Shown here piece after piece: positions 38,203 to 47,346 of a stretch of DNA of 64,000 bases. Origin of the DNA: Minisyncoccota bacterium (GTDB lineage Bacteria; Patescibacteriota; Minisyncoccia; Phycocordibacterales; UBA9973); the NCBI GenBank assembly GCA_041662525.1, contig JBAZSF010000002.1, positions 90,196 through 154,195 on the forward strand, read 5' to 3'. How positions within the stretch are numbered: position 1 is the first letter of the stretch; each line of letters opens with the position of its first letter. The notes under the pieces are model-generated. The model did no database searches and was not told the DNA's origin. It saw nothing but the letters and a program-made list of their open reading frames with translations. The position numbers and the translations under genes are program-made.

Positions 38203-39648
38203 ATGAAAGAAGAAAATAAAAAAGACCCTTCGATGGGCTCAGGGCAAGATAAAAAGAATAATTTGATGGAAAAAATAGTTTCGCTATGTAAGAGGCGAGG
38301 GTTTGTGTATCCGAGTTCTGAGATTTATGGGGGGATGGCTGGTATTTATGATTATGGACACTATGGGATTTTGTTCAAAGAGAATATAAAAAATGCATGG
38401 CTTAAACATATGATTCAGCTTCGGGATGATGTTTATGGTTTAGACAGCGCTATTTTTATGCATCCACAAACCTGGGTAGCTTCTGGCCATGTCGGGGGGT
38501 TTAATGATCCGCAAGTAGATTGCAAAAATTGTAAATCTAGATTTCGAGCAGACCATCTATTAGAAAGTTTTGGAATTATTATTGACGACAAGACACCTGT
38601 TGAAACAATGAATGCTGAACTTGATAAACTACGTACAGAAAAGAAGCTTGTTTGTCCAAATTGTAAATCAATAGATCTGACTCCCGCAAAAATATTTTCC
38701 CTGATGGTTAAATCTAATCTTGGTTCTCCAGTCGATGTTTTAACTGAAGAAAATGTTACATATTTGAGGCCTGAAACTTGTGGTGGTATTTATTTGGAAT
38801 ATAAAAATACTCTTGATTCTCTACATCCCAAACTTCCTTTTGGTATTGCGCAAGTAGGCAAGGCTTTTAGGAATGAAATCGCAGCTCGTCAATATATTTT
38901 TCGCACGCGTGAATTTGAACAAATGGAAATGCAGTATTTTCATCATAAATCGCAGACGAAAGATTTGTATGAGAACTGGAAAAAAACAAGATGGACTTGG
39001 TATTTAGAATATGGTATCCCAGAGGAAAAAATAAGATGGTATAAACATGAGAAGTTAGCGCACTATGCGAGTGAAGCGTATGACATTGAATATGCTTTTG
39101 ATTTTTTTGGAGGTAGTTTTAAAGAGGTAGAGGGTATTCATGCGCGCGGAGACTGGGATTTATCACAGCATTCAAAATTTTCTGGTGTTACGCTTGATTA
39201 TTATGATGAAGAAACAAAAGAAAGATTTATCCCGCATATTATGGAAACTTCTGTTGGTTTAGCTAGATTATTTTTAATGTTTTTAGATAATGCTTATACT
39301 GAAGAAGTTAAAGATGGAGAGACACGAGTTTTTTTGAAACTTGATCCACGACTTTCTCCGATAAAATGCGCTGTTTTTCCACTTTTAAAAAATAAGCCGG
39401 AACTTGTATCGAAAGCTCGCGCGGTTTTTGAAACACTTCGTGAAGAAATTATTTGCGAATTTGATGACAATGGCAACATAGGCAAACGCTATAGAAGACA
39501 AGATGAAATCGGCACGCCATTTTGTATTGTGATTGATTTTGATACTTTGACAGATGATGCTGTGACTGTCCGTGATCGTGATACAGGGAAACAAGAGAGA
39601 GTGAAAGTGGTAGATTTGAAAAATTATATAAAAGAAAAGATTCAATAA
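38203..39648 (+). CDS. glyQS: glycine--tRNA ligase (alpha2 type)
   Basis: GFVYPSSEIYGG, class II motifs and an anticodon-binding C-terminus. Confidence 0.9.
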   Translation: MKEENKKDPSMGSGQDKKNNLMEKIVSLCKRRGFVYPSSEIYGGMAGIYDYGHYGILFKENIKNAWLKHMIQLRDDVYGLDSAIFMHPQTWVASGHVGGFNDPQVDCKNCKSRFRADHLLESFGIIIDDKTPVETMNAELDKLRTEKKLVCPNCKSIDLTPAKIFSLMVKSNLGSPVDVLTEENVTYLRPETCGGIYLEYKNTLDSLHPKLPFGIAQVGKAFRNEIAARQYIFRTREFEQMEMQYFHHKSQTKDLYENWKKTRWTWYLEYGIPEEKIRWYKHEKLAHYASEAYDIEYAFDFFGGSFKEVEGIHARGDWDLSQHSKFSGVTLDYYDEETKERFIPHIMETSVGLARLFLMFLDNAYTEEVKDGETRVFLKLDPRLSPIKCAVFPLLKNKPELVSKARAVFETLREEIICEFDDNGNIGKRYRRQDEIGTPFCIVIDFDTLTDDAVTVRDRDTGKQERVKVVDLKNYIKEKIQ

Positions 39649-39663
39649 GTGTCTAAAAAGTAA

Positions 39664-39725
39664 GAAAGCCCTTCCGTAAGAAGGGCTTTTATGATGAACG
39701 GGATAAATATTATCCCGATTTTTTG
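39664..39725 (+). terminator. two tandem terminator hairpins
   Basis: aaagcccttc-cgta-agaagggcttt and cgggataaatattatcccg followed by atttttt. Confidence 0.7.
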
Positions 39726-39900
39726 CTCTCCCCAGGCGGAGGAGGCATACGCCAACCATTTTTAGTGGATTTGCACTTCCAACCCTATGCGCACTTGGGT
39801 TGATTAGACATCCACTTGTGAACAAAGTTCACTTATAAGCCTGGCTCAAAGCCAAACTATCCGTTTCCACGGATGGTCTGCTCTCGTAGAAGAGCATGGG
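39726..39900. ncRNA. GC-rich (~48%) structured segment of unknown identity (candidate small RNA)
   Basis: Several perfect local hairpins (gtgaac-aaa-gttcac, atccgt-ttcc-acggat, ggct-caa-agcc). No ORF support. No match to tRNA, tmRNA, SRP or RNase P consensus could be confirmed by eye. Confidence 0.25.
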
Positions 39901-40001
39901 AAGATAAGAAAACAACATCTAAATAAAAAATTAGCATATTGAAGACAAAAGTCAAGAAAGCGTTATTTTTATAAATAATTTTTTGTGTTAGAATAGATTT
40001 T

Positions 40002-41270
40002 ATGAAATTCTCCAAAAAAGTTTTAAAGAATGGTCTTCGGGTTATTACGATACCGATGAAGGATAACCCTACTGCTACAGTGCTCGTACTTGTCGAGGCA
40101 GGCAGTAAATATGAAACAAAAAAAGTTAATGGCATTTCGCACTTTTTGGAACATATGTGTTTCAAGGGCACCATCAAGAGACCAAAAGCTATTGATATTT
40201 CAAAAGAATTAGATGCGCTTGGCAGTCAGTATAATGCTTTTACAGCTCAAGAATATACTGGATACTATGCTAAGTCTGATGCGAAACACTTCAGTCAGAT
40301 TTTTGATATTGTATCAGATATTTATCTCAATTCCACTTTTCCAGAAGTTGAAATGCAAAAAGAAAAGGGTGTGATTATCGAGGAAATAAATATGTATGAA
40401 GATATGCCTCAGAGACATGTGCAAGATTTGATGATGCAATTGCTCTATGGTGATCAGCCAGCGGGTTGGAATATTGCTGGCGAGAAGAAAAATATTTTAG
40501 AAATGAAACGAGATGATTTTGTAAAATATAAAAAAGAGCATTATTTGCCAGAAGCTACAGTCTTGGTAGTATCCGGAGCGGTGACAGAGAAACAAGTGAT
40601 GAATGAAGCAAATAGAATTTTTGGGAAAGTATCCAGAGGAAAGAAAATAAATAAAATAAAAGTAAAAGAAATACAAACAAAACCAGAAGTATTAATTAAT
40701 TTTAAAAAAACGGATCAGACACATTTTGTTTTAGGAGTGCGGAGCTTGAATTTATTTAGCAATAAAAATGCTCTCATTTCCGTCCTTGGAGGGGTACTCG
40801 GTGGGGGAATGAGCTCTAGACTTTTTCAAAAGCTTCGCGAGGAGATGGGTGTCGGTTATTATGTTCGAGCCTACAATGATGCTTATACCGATCATGGATT
40901 TTTCCAAATTTCTGCTGGAGTGGATAATAAAAGAATTGAAGAAGTGCTCAAGGCTGTTTTAGAAGAATGTAATAAATTAAAAAATTCTAAAGTGAGCGAA
41001 GAAGAATTAAATAAAGTAAAAGAATGTTTAGTAGGGAACATGAAGCTCTCATTAGAATCAAGCGATGATATTGCGAATTTTCACGGCGGACAAGAACTCC
41101 TAAAACGTGAAATAATTTCAGCCGAAGAAAGAGCTAAAGAAATCCGTAAAGTGACCTCAGAACAAATCCAATCCTTAGCCAAAGATATTTTTCAAAACAA
41201 TAAATTAAACCTAGCCCTCATCGGTCCGTTTAAAGAAAAAGCAAAATTTTCCAAAATATTGAAATTTTAG
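40002..41270 (+). CDS. M16-family zinc peptidase (pitrilysin-like)
   Basis: HFLEH (inverted HxxEH) zinc motif. Confidence 0.8.
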   Translation: MKFSKKVLKNGLRVITIPMKDNPTATVLVLVEAGSKYETKKVNGISHFLEHMCFKGTIKRPKAIDISKELDALGSQYNAFTAQEYTGYYAKSDAKHFSQIFDIVSDIYLNSTFPEVEMQKEKGVIIEEINMYEDMPQRHVQDLMMQLLYGDQPAGWNIAGEKKNILEMKRDDFVKYKKEHYLPEATVLVVSGAVTEKQVMNEANRIFGKVSRGKKINKIKVKEIQTKPEVLINFKKTDQTHFVLGVRSLNLFSNKNALISVLGGVLGGGMSSRLFQKLREEMGVGYYVRAYNDAYTDHGFFQISAGVDNKRIEEVLKAVLEECNKLKNSKVSEEELNKVKECLVGNMKLSLESSDDIANFHGGQELLKREIISAEERAKEIRKVTSEQIQSLAKDIFQNNKLNLALIGPFKEKAKFSKILKF

Positions 41271-41358
41271 GCAGTTTTTTAAATTGATTGACTATTTTAA
41301 AGAATAGAGTAGATTAAAAAAAGAGAAAAAAATTGAAACTTGAAAAGGGGGTAAAAAA

Positions 41359-41829
41359 ATGATTCCAAAAGAATTATTCGTGAAAGTATCGGGTAGTGTA
41401 TTCTTACTGCCTGAGTTCATTAATTGGGTAGCCGAAATTTCTATCGGCTACAAAATAGTTATCTGTGTTGGTGGAGGAACACAGATAAAACACGAATTTA
41501 TGCGTCGTGGGTGGGACACGGGAAAGTTCGGCCCCTTGGGTCGTGAGACTCAACAAAATTCTGAACAATACTGGATTGCTCGAGAGATCCTCGAGGATAA
41601 TAAGAAAAAACTCGAGGAACTGCTTAGGATAGCGGGGGTAGATAACTTCGTAGTAGAGATCCCAATGATCAACATTGGGAAATCTTATCGCCATATCAAT
41701 GGTGATCAATACATTTTGGCGGCCTATTTGGGCTTCCATGTATTGTACATTGCTACTCTCGTAAAAAGGGTAGAGGCAAAAAAACAACAATTTGCTCATT
41801 TATCCAAGATCAGGGTTAAGGCCTTCTAG
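41359..41829 (+). CDS. hypothetical protein, truncated amino-acid-kinase-like
   Basis: FVKVSGSVF ... KIVICVGGGTQIK resembles an amino-acid-kinase fold, but the protein is only 156 aa. It is a GC-rich gene with a strong GGGGG Shine-Dalgarno site. Confidence 0.35.
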   Translation: MIPKELFVKVSGSVFLLPEFINWVAEISIGYKIVICVGGGTQIKHEFMRRGWDTGKFGPLGRETQQNSEQYWIAREILEDNKKKLEELLRIAGVDNFVVEIPMINIGKSYRHINGDQYILAAYLGFHVLYIATLVKRVEAKKQQFAHLSKIRVKAF

Positions 41830-41877
41830 GGCCGAAGGAAGAGCTGAAGCTCCTCCTTCGGCCCTTTCTTATTTTTA
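41829..41877 (+). terminator. rho-independent terminator
   Basis: gggccgaaggaag-agctgaagc-tcctccttcggccc followed by a T run. Confidence 0.85.
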
Positions 41878-41901
41878 TAAATTTTATGCTATGATATTTT
41901 T

Positions 41902-42984
41902 ATGCCAGAAAAAAGTGATTTGACTCATATTTCCATATCCACCAGCACGATATTTAAGTTTTTTCTAGTACCTATTTTTATATTCCTATTATATTTTTTG
42001 AGGGATTTAGTTTTAGTGGTTTTGACGGCCATCGTAATAGCTTCTTTTATTGACTCATCTGTTCCACACTTTAAAAAAATAGGAATTAAGAATAGAATTT
42101 TTGGGATTGTTATTTTTTATACTATCTCTCTTCTCCTTTTGGGTGGCGTGTTTTATCTTTTTGCTCCGCTTTTAATAACAGAAATTTATAATTTCTCCAC
42201 TTTTCTTTCAACCTATACTCAAGATGTTTCATTCTTTAATTTTTTCAAGAACGAAGCATTCTCTGGCGCAAAAGACATAGTCGGGACTCTTTCAGGAAAT
42301 TTTTCGCTCACTACACTTTTATCTGTATCAAAAGCTTTTGTTTTGAATCTTTCTGGAGGATTTGTACAAATTCTTTTTATTGCTTTTGGTGGTCTTTTCA
42401 ATTTTGTTTTAATTATTCTTTTATCTTTCTATCTTTCAGTTCAAGAAAAAGGAATAGAGAATTTTCTTTATATTATTACTCCTCCTAAATATGATAATTA
42501 TGTTGTAGATTTATGGACGCGCTCAAGTCGTAAAATAGGTCTTTGGGTGAAAGGACAAATGCTTTTAGGTCTTGTGGTCGGAGTTCTTGTTTATTTAATT
42601 CTTTCTTTGTTAGGTATCGAATATGCATTACTTTTAGCTATTATTACAGGAATAATGGAAATGGTTCCTTATGGTATTTTAGTAGCGATGATTCCTGTTT
42701 TTGCCTTTTCTTACATTTCAAACGGTATAGGCAGTGCCTTTATGGTGGCAGGAGCTTATATCATTGTTCATGAATTTGATGTATTTCTTTTTACTCCACT
42801 ACTTATAAAAAAGATTGTTGGGCTTTCCCCGATTGTTATTATTCTCTCTGTAGTTATCGGCTTTGAATTAGGAGGAATTTGGGGAGCGATCTTAGCGATT
42901 CCACTCGCGATAATTTTAATGGAATTCTTAAATGATATTGAGAAAGATAAGATTTCGTCCAAAATAAACCAAGACAAACAATGA
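41902..42984 (+). CDS. AI-2E family (PerM/UPF0118) membrane transporter
   Basis: ~8 TM helices at the length typical of this family. Confidence 0.6.
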   Translation: MPEKSDLTHISISTSTIFKFFLVPIFIFLLYFLRDLVLVVLTAIVIASFIDSSVPHFKKIGIKNRIFGIVIFYTISLLLLGGVFYLFAPLLITEIYNFSTFLSTYTQDVSFFNFFKNEAFSGAKDIVGTLSGNFSLTTLLSVSKAFVLNLSGGFVQILFIAFGGLFNFVLIILLSFYLSVQEKGIENFLYIITPPKYDNYVVDLWTRSSRKIGLWVKGQMLLGLVVGVLVYLILSLLGIEYALLLAIITGIMEMVPYGILVAMIPVFAFSYISNGIGSAFMVAGAYIIVHEFDVFLFTPLLIKKIVGLSPIVIILSVVIGFELGGIWGAILAIPLAIILMEFLNDIEKDKISSKINQDKQ

Positions 42985-44444
42985 ACAAAAATAGTTTTTA
43001 CATCACGACGACGATACCCTATGTGAATGCTGATCCTCACATTGGTTTTGCACTCGAACTTGTGCAAGCTGATGCTGTTGCGAGATGTCAGCGTCTCATT
43101 GGTAGGGATGTTTTTTTTAGCACTGGTACTGATGAATATGGTCAGAAAATTTGGGAAGCAAGTGAAAAACAAGGTAAAAAAGTTCAAGACTACGTAGATT
43201 ATTACGCGCAGAAATTTTTAGATTTAAAAAATACTCTCAATCTTTCCTATGATAATTTTATTCGAACTACTAGTAAAGAAAATATCACAGCCGCACAAGA
43301 ATTTTGGCTCCTATGCGATAAAAAGGGAGATATTTATAAAGCAAAATATATAGGACTTTACTGTGTGGGGTGTGAGACTTTTTATACCGAAAAAGATTTA
43401 GTAGAAGAAAAGTGCCCGATACATTTGACTGTGCCAGAGAAAATAGAAGAAGAAAATTATTTTTTTAAATTGAGTAATTACAAAAAACAACTTCTTTTAT
43501 ATTTATCTAATGAAAAAGCGATCTTGCCAGAATGGAGACGCAAAGAAGCAATTTTTTTTGTAGAAAATGCAATGGAAGATTTTTCTATTTCTCGCAGTAA
43601 AAAGCGTGTTTCGTGGGGGATACCTATTCCCGGGGATGATGAACAAGTCATGTATGTTTGGTTTGGTGCTTTTGTAAATTATATTTCAACCTTAGGCTGG
43701 CCCTTCGCTTCTACTCAGGATCTCCGACCAGAAACAAAAGAAAATTTATTTGAAAAATTTTGGGAAAAAGGGGAAAAGATCCAAATGGCTGGTAAAGATA
43801 TGGTGAAGTTTCAATCAGTAATGTGGCAAGGCATGCTCATGTCCGCAGGACTCCCCAATACAGATACTATTGTTTATCATGGGTTTATAACTGGCGATGG
43901 AGGAATTAAAATGTCTAAGTCTTTGGGTAATGTGATTAACCCAAATGATATTGTAAAAGAATATAGCGCAGATGCGTTACGTTATTTTCTTTTGCGTGAG
44001 ATTTCTCCTTTTGAAGACAGTCCGTTTACCATGGAAAGGTTTAAGGAAGCATACAATGCGGGTCTAGCAAATGGATTAGGAAATTTAGCTTCAAGAATAT
44101 TAACTCTTTCAGAAAAATATTTACCCGAGTGTCCGGAAATAAGAGAGGAAATGGATCTAACAGAATTTTTTAGTTTTTTTGAAAAATTTGATGTTAAACA
44201 AGCTGTTGATTTCATTTGGAACGAGATAGGTGAATTAGATAAATTTATTCAGGAAACAGAACCATTTAAGGTGGTAAAAGTTGATGAAGAAAAAGGAAAA
44301 GAATTAATTTCTAATATGGTTGTTCGTCTGTATAAAATTGCCAGGATGTTAAATCCAATAATGCCAGAAACAAACATTATTCTCAAAAAATTAATTAAAG
44401 AAAACAAAAAACCAGACCAGCCATTATTTTTAAGAAAAGAATAA
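42981..44444 (+). CDS. metG: methionine--tRNA ligase (short form)
   Basis: PHIGF (HIGH variant) and KMSKS motifs. Confidence 0.9.
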   Translation: MNKNSFYITTTIPYVNADPHIGFALELVQADAVARCQRLIGRDVFFSTGTDEYGQKIWEASEKQGKKVQDYVDYYAQKFLDLKNTLNLSYDNFIRTTSKENITAAQEFWLLCDKKGDIYKAKYIGLYCVGCETFYTEKDLVEEKCPIHLTVPEKIEEENYFFKLSNYKKQLLLYLSNEKAILPEWRRKEAIFFVENAMEDFSISRSKKRVSWGIPIPGDDEQVMYVWFGAFVNYISTLGWPFASTQDLRPETKENLFEKFWEKGEKIQMAGKDMVKFQSVMWQGMLMSAGLPNTDTIVYHGFITGDGGIKMSKSLGNVINPNDIVKEYSADALRYFLLREISPFEDSPFTMERFKEAYNAGLANGLGNLASRILTLSEKYLPECPEIREEMDLTEFFSFFEKFDVKQAVDFIWNEIGELDKFIQETEPFKVVKVDEEKGKELISNMVVRLYKIARMLNPIMPETNIILKKLIKENKKPDQPLFLRKE

Positions 44445-44445
44445 A

Positions 44446-45297
44446 ATGACTCCCAAATACATAGACATACATTCACATTTAAATTTTAAGGCTTTTAATG
44501 ATGATAGAGATGAGGTTATTAAACATGCCTTAGATAATGATACTTGGGTGATAAATGTAGGAAGCCAGTTTAGCACTTCAAAAAGAGCAGTGGAAATTGC
44601 TAATAAATATTCCGAGGGAGTTTTTGCTATCGTTGGTCTACATCCGATTCATCTTGAAGAATCTTATCACGATGATGAAGAATTTAGTGGTTTAGGTTTT
44701 AAAACAAGAGTTGAAGAATTTGATAAAGATGTTTATAGAGAACTTTTGAAAGATCCAAAGGTAGTAGCGATAGGGGAATGTGGTTTGGATTATTTTCATT
44801 GTAGTTTAGAGACAATAGAAAAACAGAAAAAAACTTTTAGAGAGCACGTTTCTTTGTCTCAAGAAACTGGGAAGCCACTCATGTTGCATGTTAGAAATGG
44901 TTCGACAAGCTCACCACAAGTAATTCCAAAACTAAACGCGTATCAAGATGTTTTAGAAATTTTAAAAGAATTTACTGGGGTAAGGGGAAATGTACATTTT
45001 TTTGCTGGAACCTGGGAAGACGCCAAAGCATTTTTAGATTTTGGTTTTACCTTATCTTTTACTGGAGTTATTACTTTTACGCATGATTATGATGAAGTTA
45101 TTAGAAATATACCACTTGATATGATCATGTCGGAGACTGATTCTCCTTATGTAGCGCCCATTCCGCACAGAGGAAAGCGCAATGAACCTGTCTACGTAAG
45201 AGAAATAGTTAAAAAAATCGCTGAAATTAAAAATTTACCAGAACAGGAAGTGGCAGAGGCAATTGTCGCAAATGCCAAGCGAGTCTTTACTTTTTAA
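44446..45297 (+). CDS. tatD: TatD-family metal-dependent DNase/hydrolase
   Basis: IDIHSHLNF and GECGLDY motifs. Confidence 0.85.
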   Translation: MTPKYIDIHSHLNFKAFNDDRDEVIKHALDNDTWVINVGSQFSTSKRAVEIANKYSEGVFAIVGLHPIHLEESYHDDEEFSGLGFKTRVEEFDKDVYRELLKDPKVVAIGECGLDYFHCSLETIEKQKKTFREHVSLSQETGKPLMLHVRNGSTSSPQVIPKLNAYQDVLEILKEFTGVRGNVHFFAGTWEDAKAFLDFGFTLSFTGVITFTHDYDEVIRNIPLDMIMSETDSPYVAPIPHRGKRNEPVYVREIVKKIAEIKNLPEQEVAEAIVANAKRVFTF

Positions 45298-45312
45298 AGA
45301 GTTTTTGATAGT

Positions 45313-45816
45313 ATGAAACCTATGCAAGAAGTAGAAAATGAAATATTAGAAGAAGGAAATTCTAAGGTTTATGAGCTTGGTTACCATTTGGTGCCGACAC
45401 TTTCCGAAGAAGACGTACCAGTTACTTTTGGTAATTTAAAAGAGCTTATTTCATCATTGGATGGCATCTTCATTTCTGAAGAAATGCCTAAAATGATGAC
45501 ACTTGCTTACCCTATGGTTAAAGTTATAGCCAATTTACGTAATAAATTTAAAAGTGCATATTTTGGTTGGATCAAGTTTACAATGGATTCAGATAAAGTT
45601 CTTAAATTAAAAAAGAAGCTTGATCTTGATCCTAATTTTGTTCGATTTTTGATATTGAAAACAGTTAAAGAAAATACTGTCAACACAAAAAGATTTACTC
45701 GTGGAGAATTTACAAATAGAAAAACAAAGATAGATAAGAGTAGGGAAGATGAAGCATCTGCTCCTATAAATAAAGAAGAAATTGATAAAGAGATAGATGC
45801 ATTAATTTCGGTTTAA
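45313..45816 (+). CDS. rpsF: ribosomal protein S6 (extended C-terminus)
   Basis: YELGYHLVP...MMTLAYPM pattern. It sits in the classic rpsF-ssb-rpsR arrangement. Confidence 0.7.
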   Translation: MKPMQEVENEILEEGNSKVYELGYHLVPTLSEEDVPVTFGNLKELISSLDGIFISEEMPKMMTLAYPMVKVIANLRNKFKSAYFGWIKFTMDSDKVLKLKKKLDLDPNFVRFLILKTVKENTVNTKRFTRGEFTNRKTKIDKSREDEASAPINKEEIDKEIDALISV

Positions 45817-45826
45817 TAAAAAATAT

Positions 45827-46285
45827 ATGTATTTAAATAAAGCAATATTAATAGGAAATCTTACACGTGATCCAGAACTCCGTTCACTACCTTCAGGTAT
45901 AAAAGTTTGCACATTTTCTATTGCCACTAATCGTGTTTGGAAAGATAAAAATGGCGCACGTCAGGAATCAGCTGATTATCACAATATAGTAGTTTTTGGA
46001 CGCCAAGCAGAGACAGTTGCTCAATATATGAAAAAAGGAAGTTCTATATTGATTGAAGGTAGGATGCAGACCAGAAGTTGGGAAGATAAAACAAGTGGGG
46101 AGAAAAAATATCGTACGGAAATAGTCGCTGATCGTACACAATTTGGTCCTAAGGGAGGAAATACAGGTGGAGGAATGAGCACAACGAGTACTGGTTCAAA
46201 GGCTCCAGCATCAGAAGGGGGTGGAGAAATTGATTCTATAGAATATCCAGAAGAAGACATTAATCCAGAAGACATACCATTTTAA
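45827..46285 (+). CDS. ssb: single-stranded DNA-binding protein
   Basis: OB fold and acidic C-terminal tail ending in DIPF. Confidence 0.85.
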   Translation: MYLNKAILIGNLTRDPELRSLPSGIKVCTFSIATNRVWKDKNGARQESADYHNIVVFGRQAETVAQYMKKGSSILIEGRMQTRSWEDKTSGEKKYRTEIVADRTQFGPKGGNTGGGMSTTSTGSKAPASEGGGEIDSIEYPEEDINPEDIPF

Positions 46286-46295
46286 TAATTTAACA

Positions 46296-46362
46296 CAGGC
46301 GCTAGGCGCTAGGCATTAGCAATTAAAAAAGCTAGAGCCTAAAGCCTAAGGCCTAAAGCCTA
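46296..46362 (+). repeat. intergenic hexamer repeats forming an imperfect hairpin (ggcgctaggcgctaggc ... gcctaaagcctaaggcctaaagcctag)
   Basis: Direct repeats of ggcgct/aggc and agccta/aggcct are mutually reverse-complementary. They lie between ssb and rpsR. Confidence 0.5.
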
Positions 46363-46366
46363 GAAT

Positions 46367-46567
46367 ATGAAACAAGATTATTTTTCAACTAATAATATAA
46401 AATACATAGATTACAAGGATATTGAAATTCTAAAGAAATTTTTAAATCCTAATGGTAAGATAATGAACCACAAGCGGACTGGAGTTACCGCTAAGAATCA
46501 ACGCCAATTAACCACAGCCATCAAGCGTGCTAGATTTATGGGTTTGCTTCCGTTTGTAATTAAATAA
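46367..46567 (+). CDS. rpsR: ribosomal protein S18
   Basis: Conserved S18 core (YIDYKD...RTGV...QR.L..AIKRAR). Confidence 0.85.
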   Translation: MKQDYFSTNNIKYIDYKDIEILKKFLNPNGKIMNHKRTGVTAKNQRQLTTAIKRARFMGLLPFVIK

Positions 46568-46580
46568 AAAAGATAAAATA

Positions 46581-46608
46581 AAAAATCCCCGAAAGGGGAT
46601 TTTTTATT
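46581..46608. terminator. bidirectional terminator
   Basis: aaaaatcccc-gaaa-ggggattttt lies between convergent rpsR and efp. Confidence 0.8.
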
Positions 46609-47187
46609 TTAAACTCTCTCTACATATTCTCCTGTTTCCGTATTTACTCGGATAATGTCTCCCTCGTTGATGAACATCGGAGTAGTGAGGGTGGCACCGT
46701 TTTCTAAAGTGATAACTTTATTGCCTCCTTTAGAAGTGTCTCCACGGACAGCTGGAGGGGCTTCTTTAACTTTAAATTCCATTTTGATAGGTAAGGTTAT
46801 TTTTATTATTACTTCTTCATCATCATTGTCCCAGATTAAGGCAGTTACATTTCCATTTTGTTTAAAGAATTTGGCAGTATTTCCAACAAGGTTCTCATCT
46901 AATTTAAATCTATTGCTTTTATCATTTGGGTCACAGAACCAATATTCGCCTTTATTATGATAAAGAAAAGTAATGTCTCTCTTAATAATATCCGCTTCCT
47001 CGGCTGATTCAGCTGCATGAAAAGTAGCAGGGAAGACCTTGCCAGATATTAAACTTCTTAGTTTAACCTGATTTTGTGGTTTGCGTTGTTGGGTACGAGC
47101 AACGTGAGATTCTATCACTTCGCAGGGTTCATCATTATGTATAATTATTTTCTTTTCGCGAATGTCGCTGTATTCTAATTTAGCCAT
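46609..47187 (-). CDS. efp: elongation factor P
   Basis: The N-terminal KOW domain aligns with EF-P, and OB domains follow. Confidence 0.85.
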   Translation of the reverse strand: MAKLEYSDIREKKIIIHNDEPCEVIESHVARTQQRKPQNQVKLRSLISGKVFPATFHAAESAEEADIIKRDITFLYHNKGEYWFCDPNDKSNRFKLDENLVGNTAKFFKQNGNVTALIWDNDDEEVIIKITLPIKMEFKVKEAPPAVRGDTSKGGNKVITLENGATLTTPMFINEGDIIRVNTETGEYVERV

Positions 47188-47239
47188 AGGTAATATACTA
47201 GCAGAAAAATTTATTAAATCAAATTAAAAAACCTTGGAT

Positions 47240-47328
47240 ATAACTTTTCGAAAGGGTTTCGAGGCTGTCGAGCCGAGAATTTCAGGAATTTTTAAGCTTC
47301 AAAAATTCCGTACTGGAGAAAAGTTTAT
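47240..47328 (+). repeat. ~90-bp repeat family 2, copy 2
   Basis: aacttttcgaaagggtttcgaggctgtcgagccgagaatttcaggaatttttaagcttcaaaaattccgtactggagaaaagttt is ~85% identical to the reverse complement of 12855-12948. Confidence 0.6.
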
Positions 47329-47346
47329 ATCCAAAGTTTTTTTTAA

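Noticed and set aside
39385-39825. 146-aa minus-strand ORF over the GC-rich segment. I also attempted to assign the segment as tmRNA, SRP RNA or RNase P RNA.
   Set aside because: The ORF has no homology-like features and overlaps terminators. No universal motifs of these RNAs (tmRNA tag ORF and T-arm, SRP helix-8 GGAA/AGCA, RNase P P4) could be aligned by eye. The segment is left as an unidentified candidate.
12880-47300. Possible hammerhead ribozyme in repeat family 2 (CUGACGAG ... GAAA in copy 1).
   Set aside because: Copy 2 reads CUGUCGAG, so the invariant CUGANGA box is not conserved. The putative stem II flanks do not pair.
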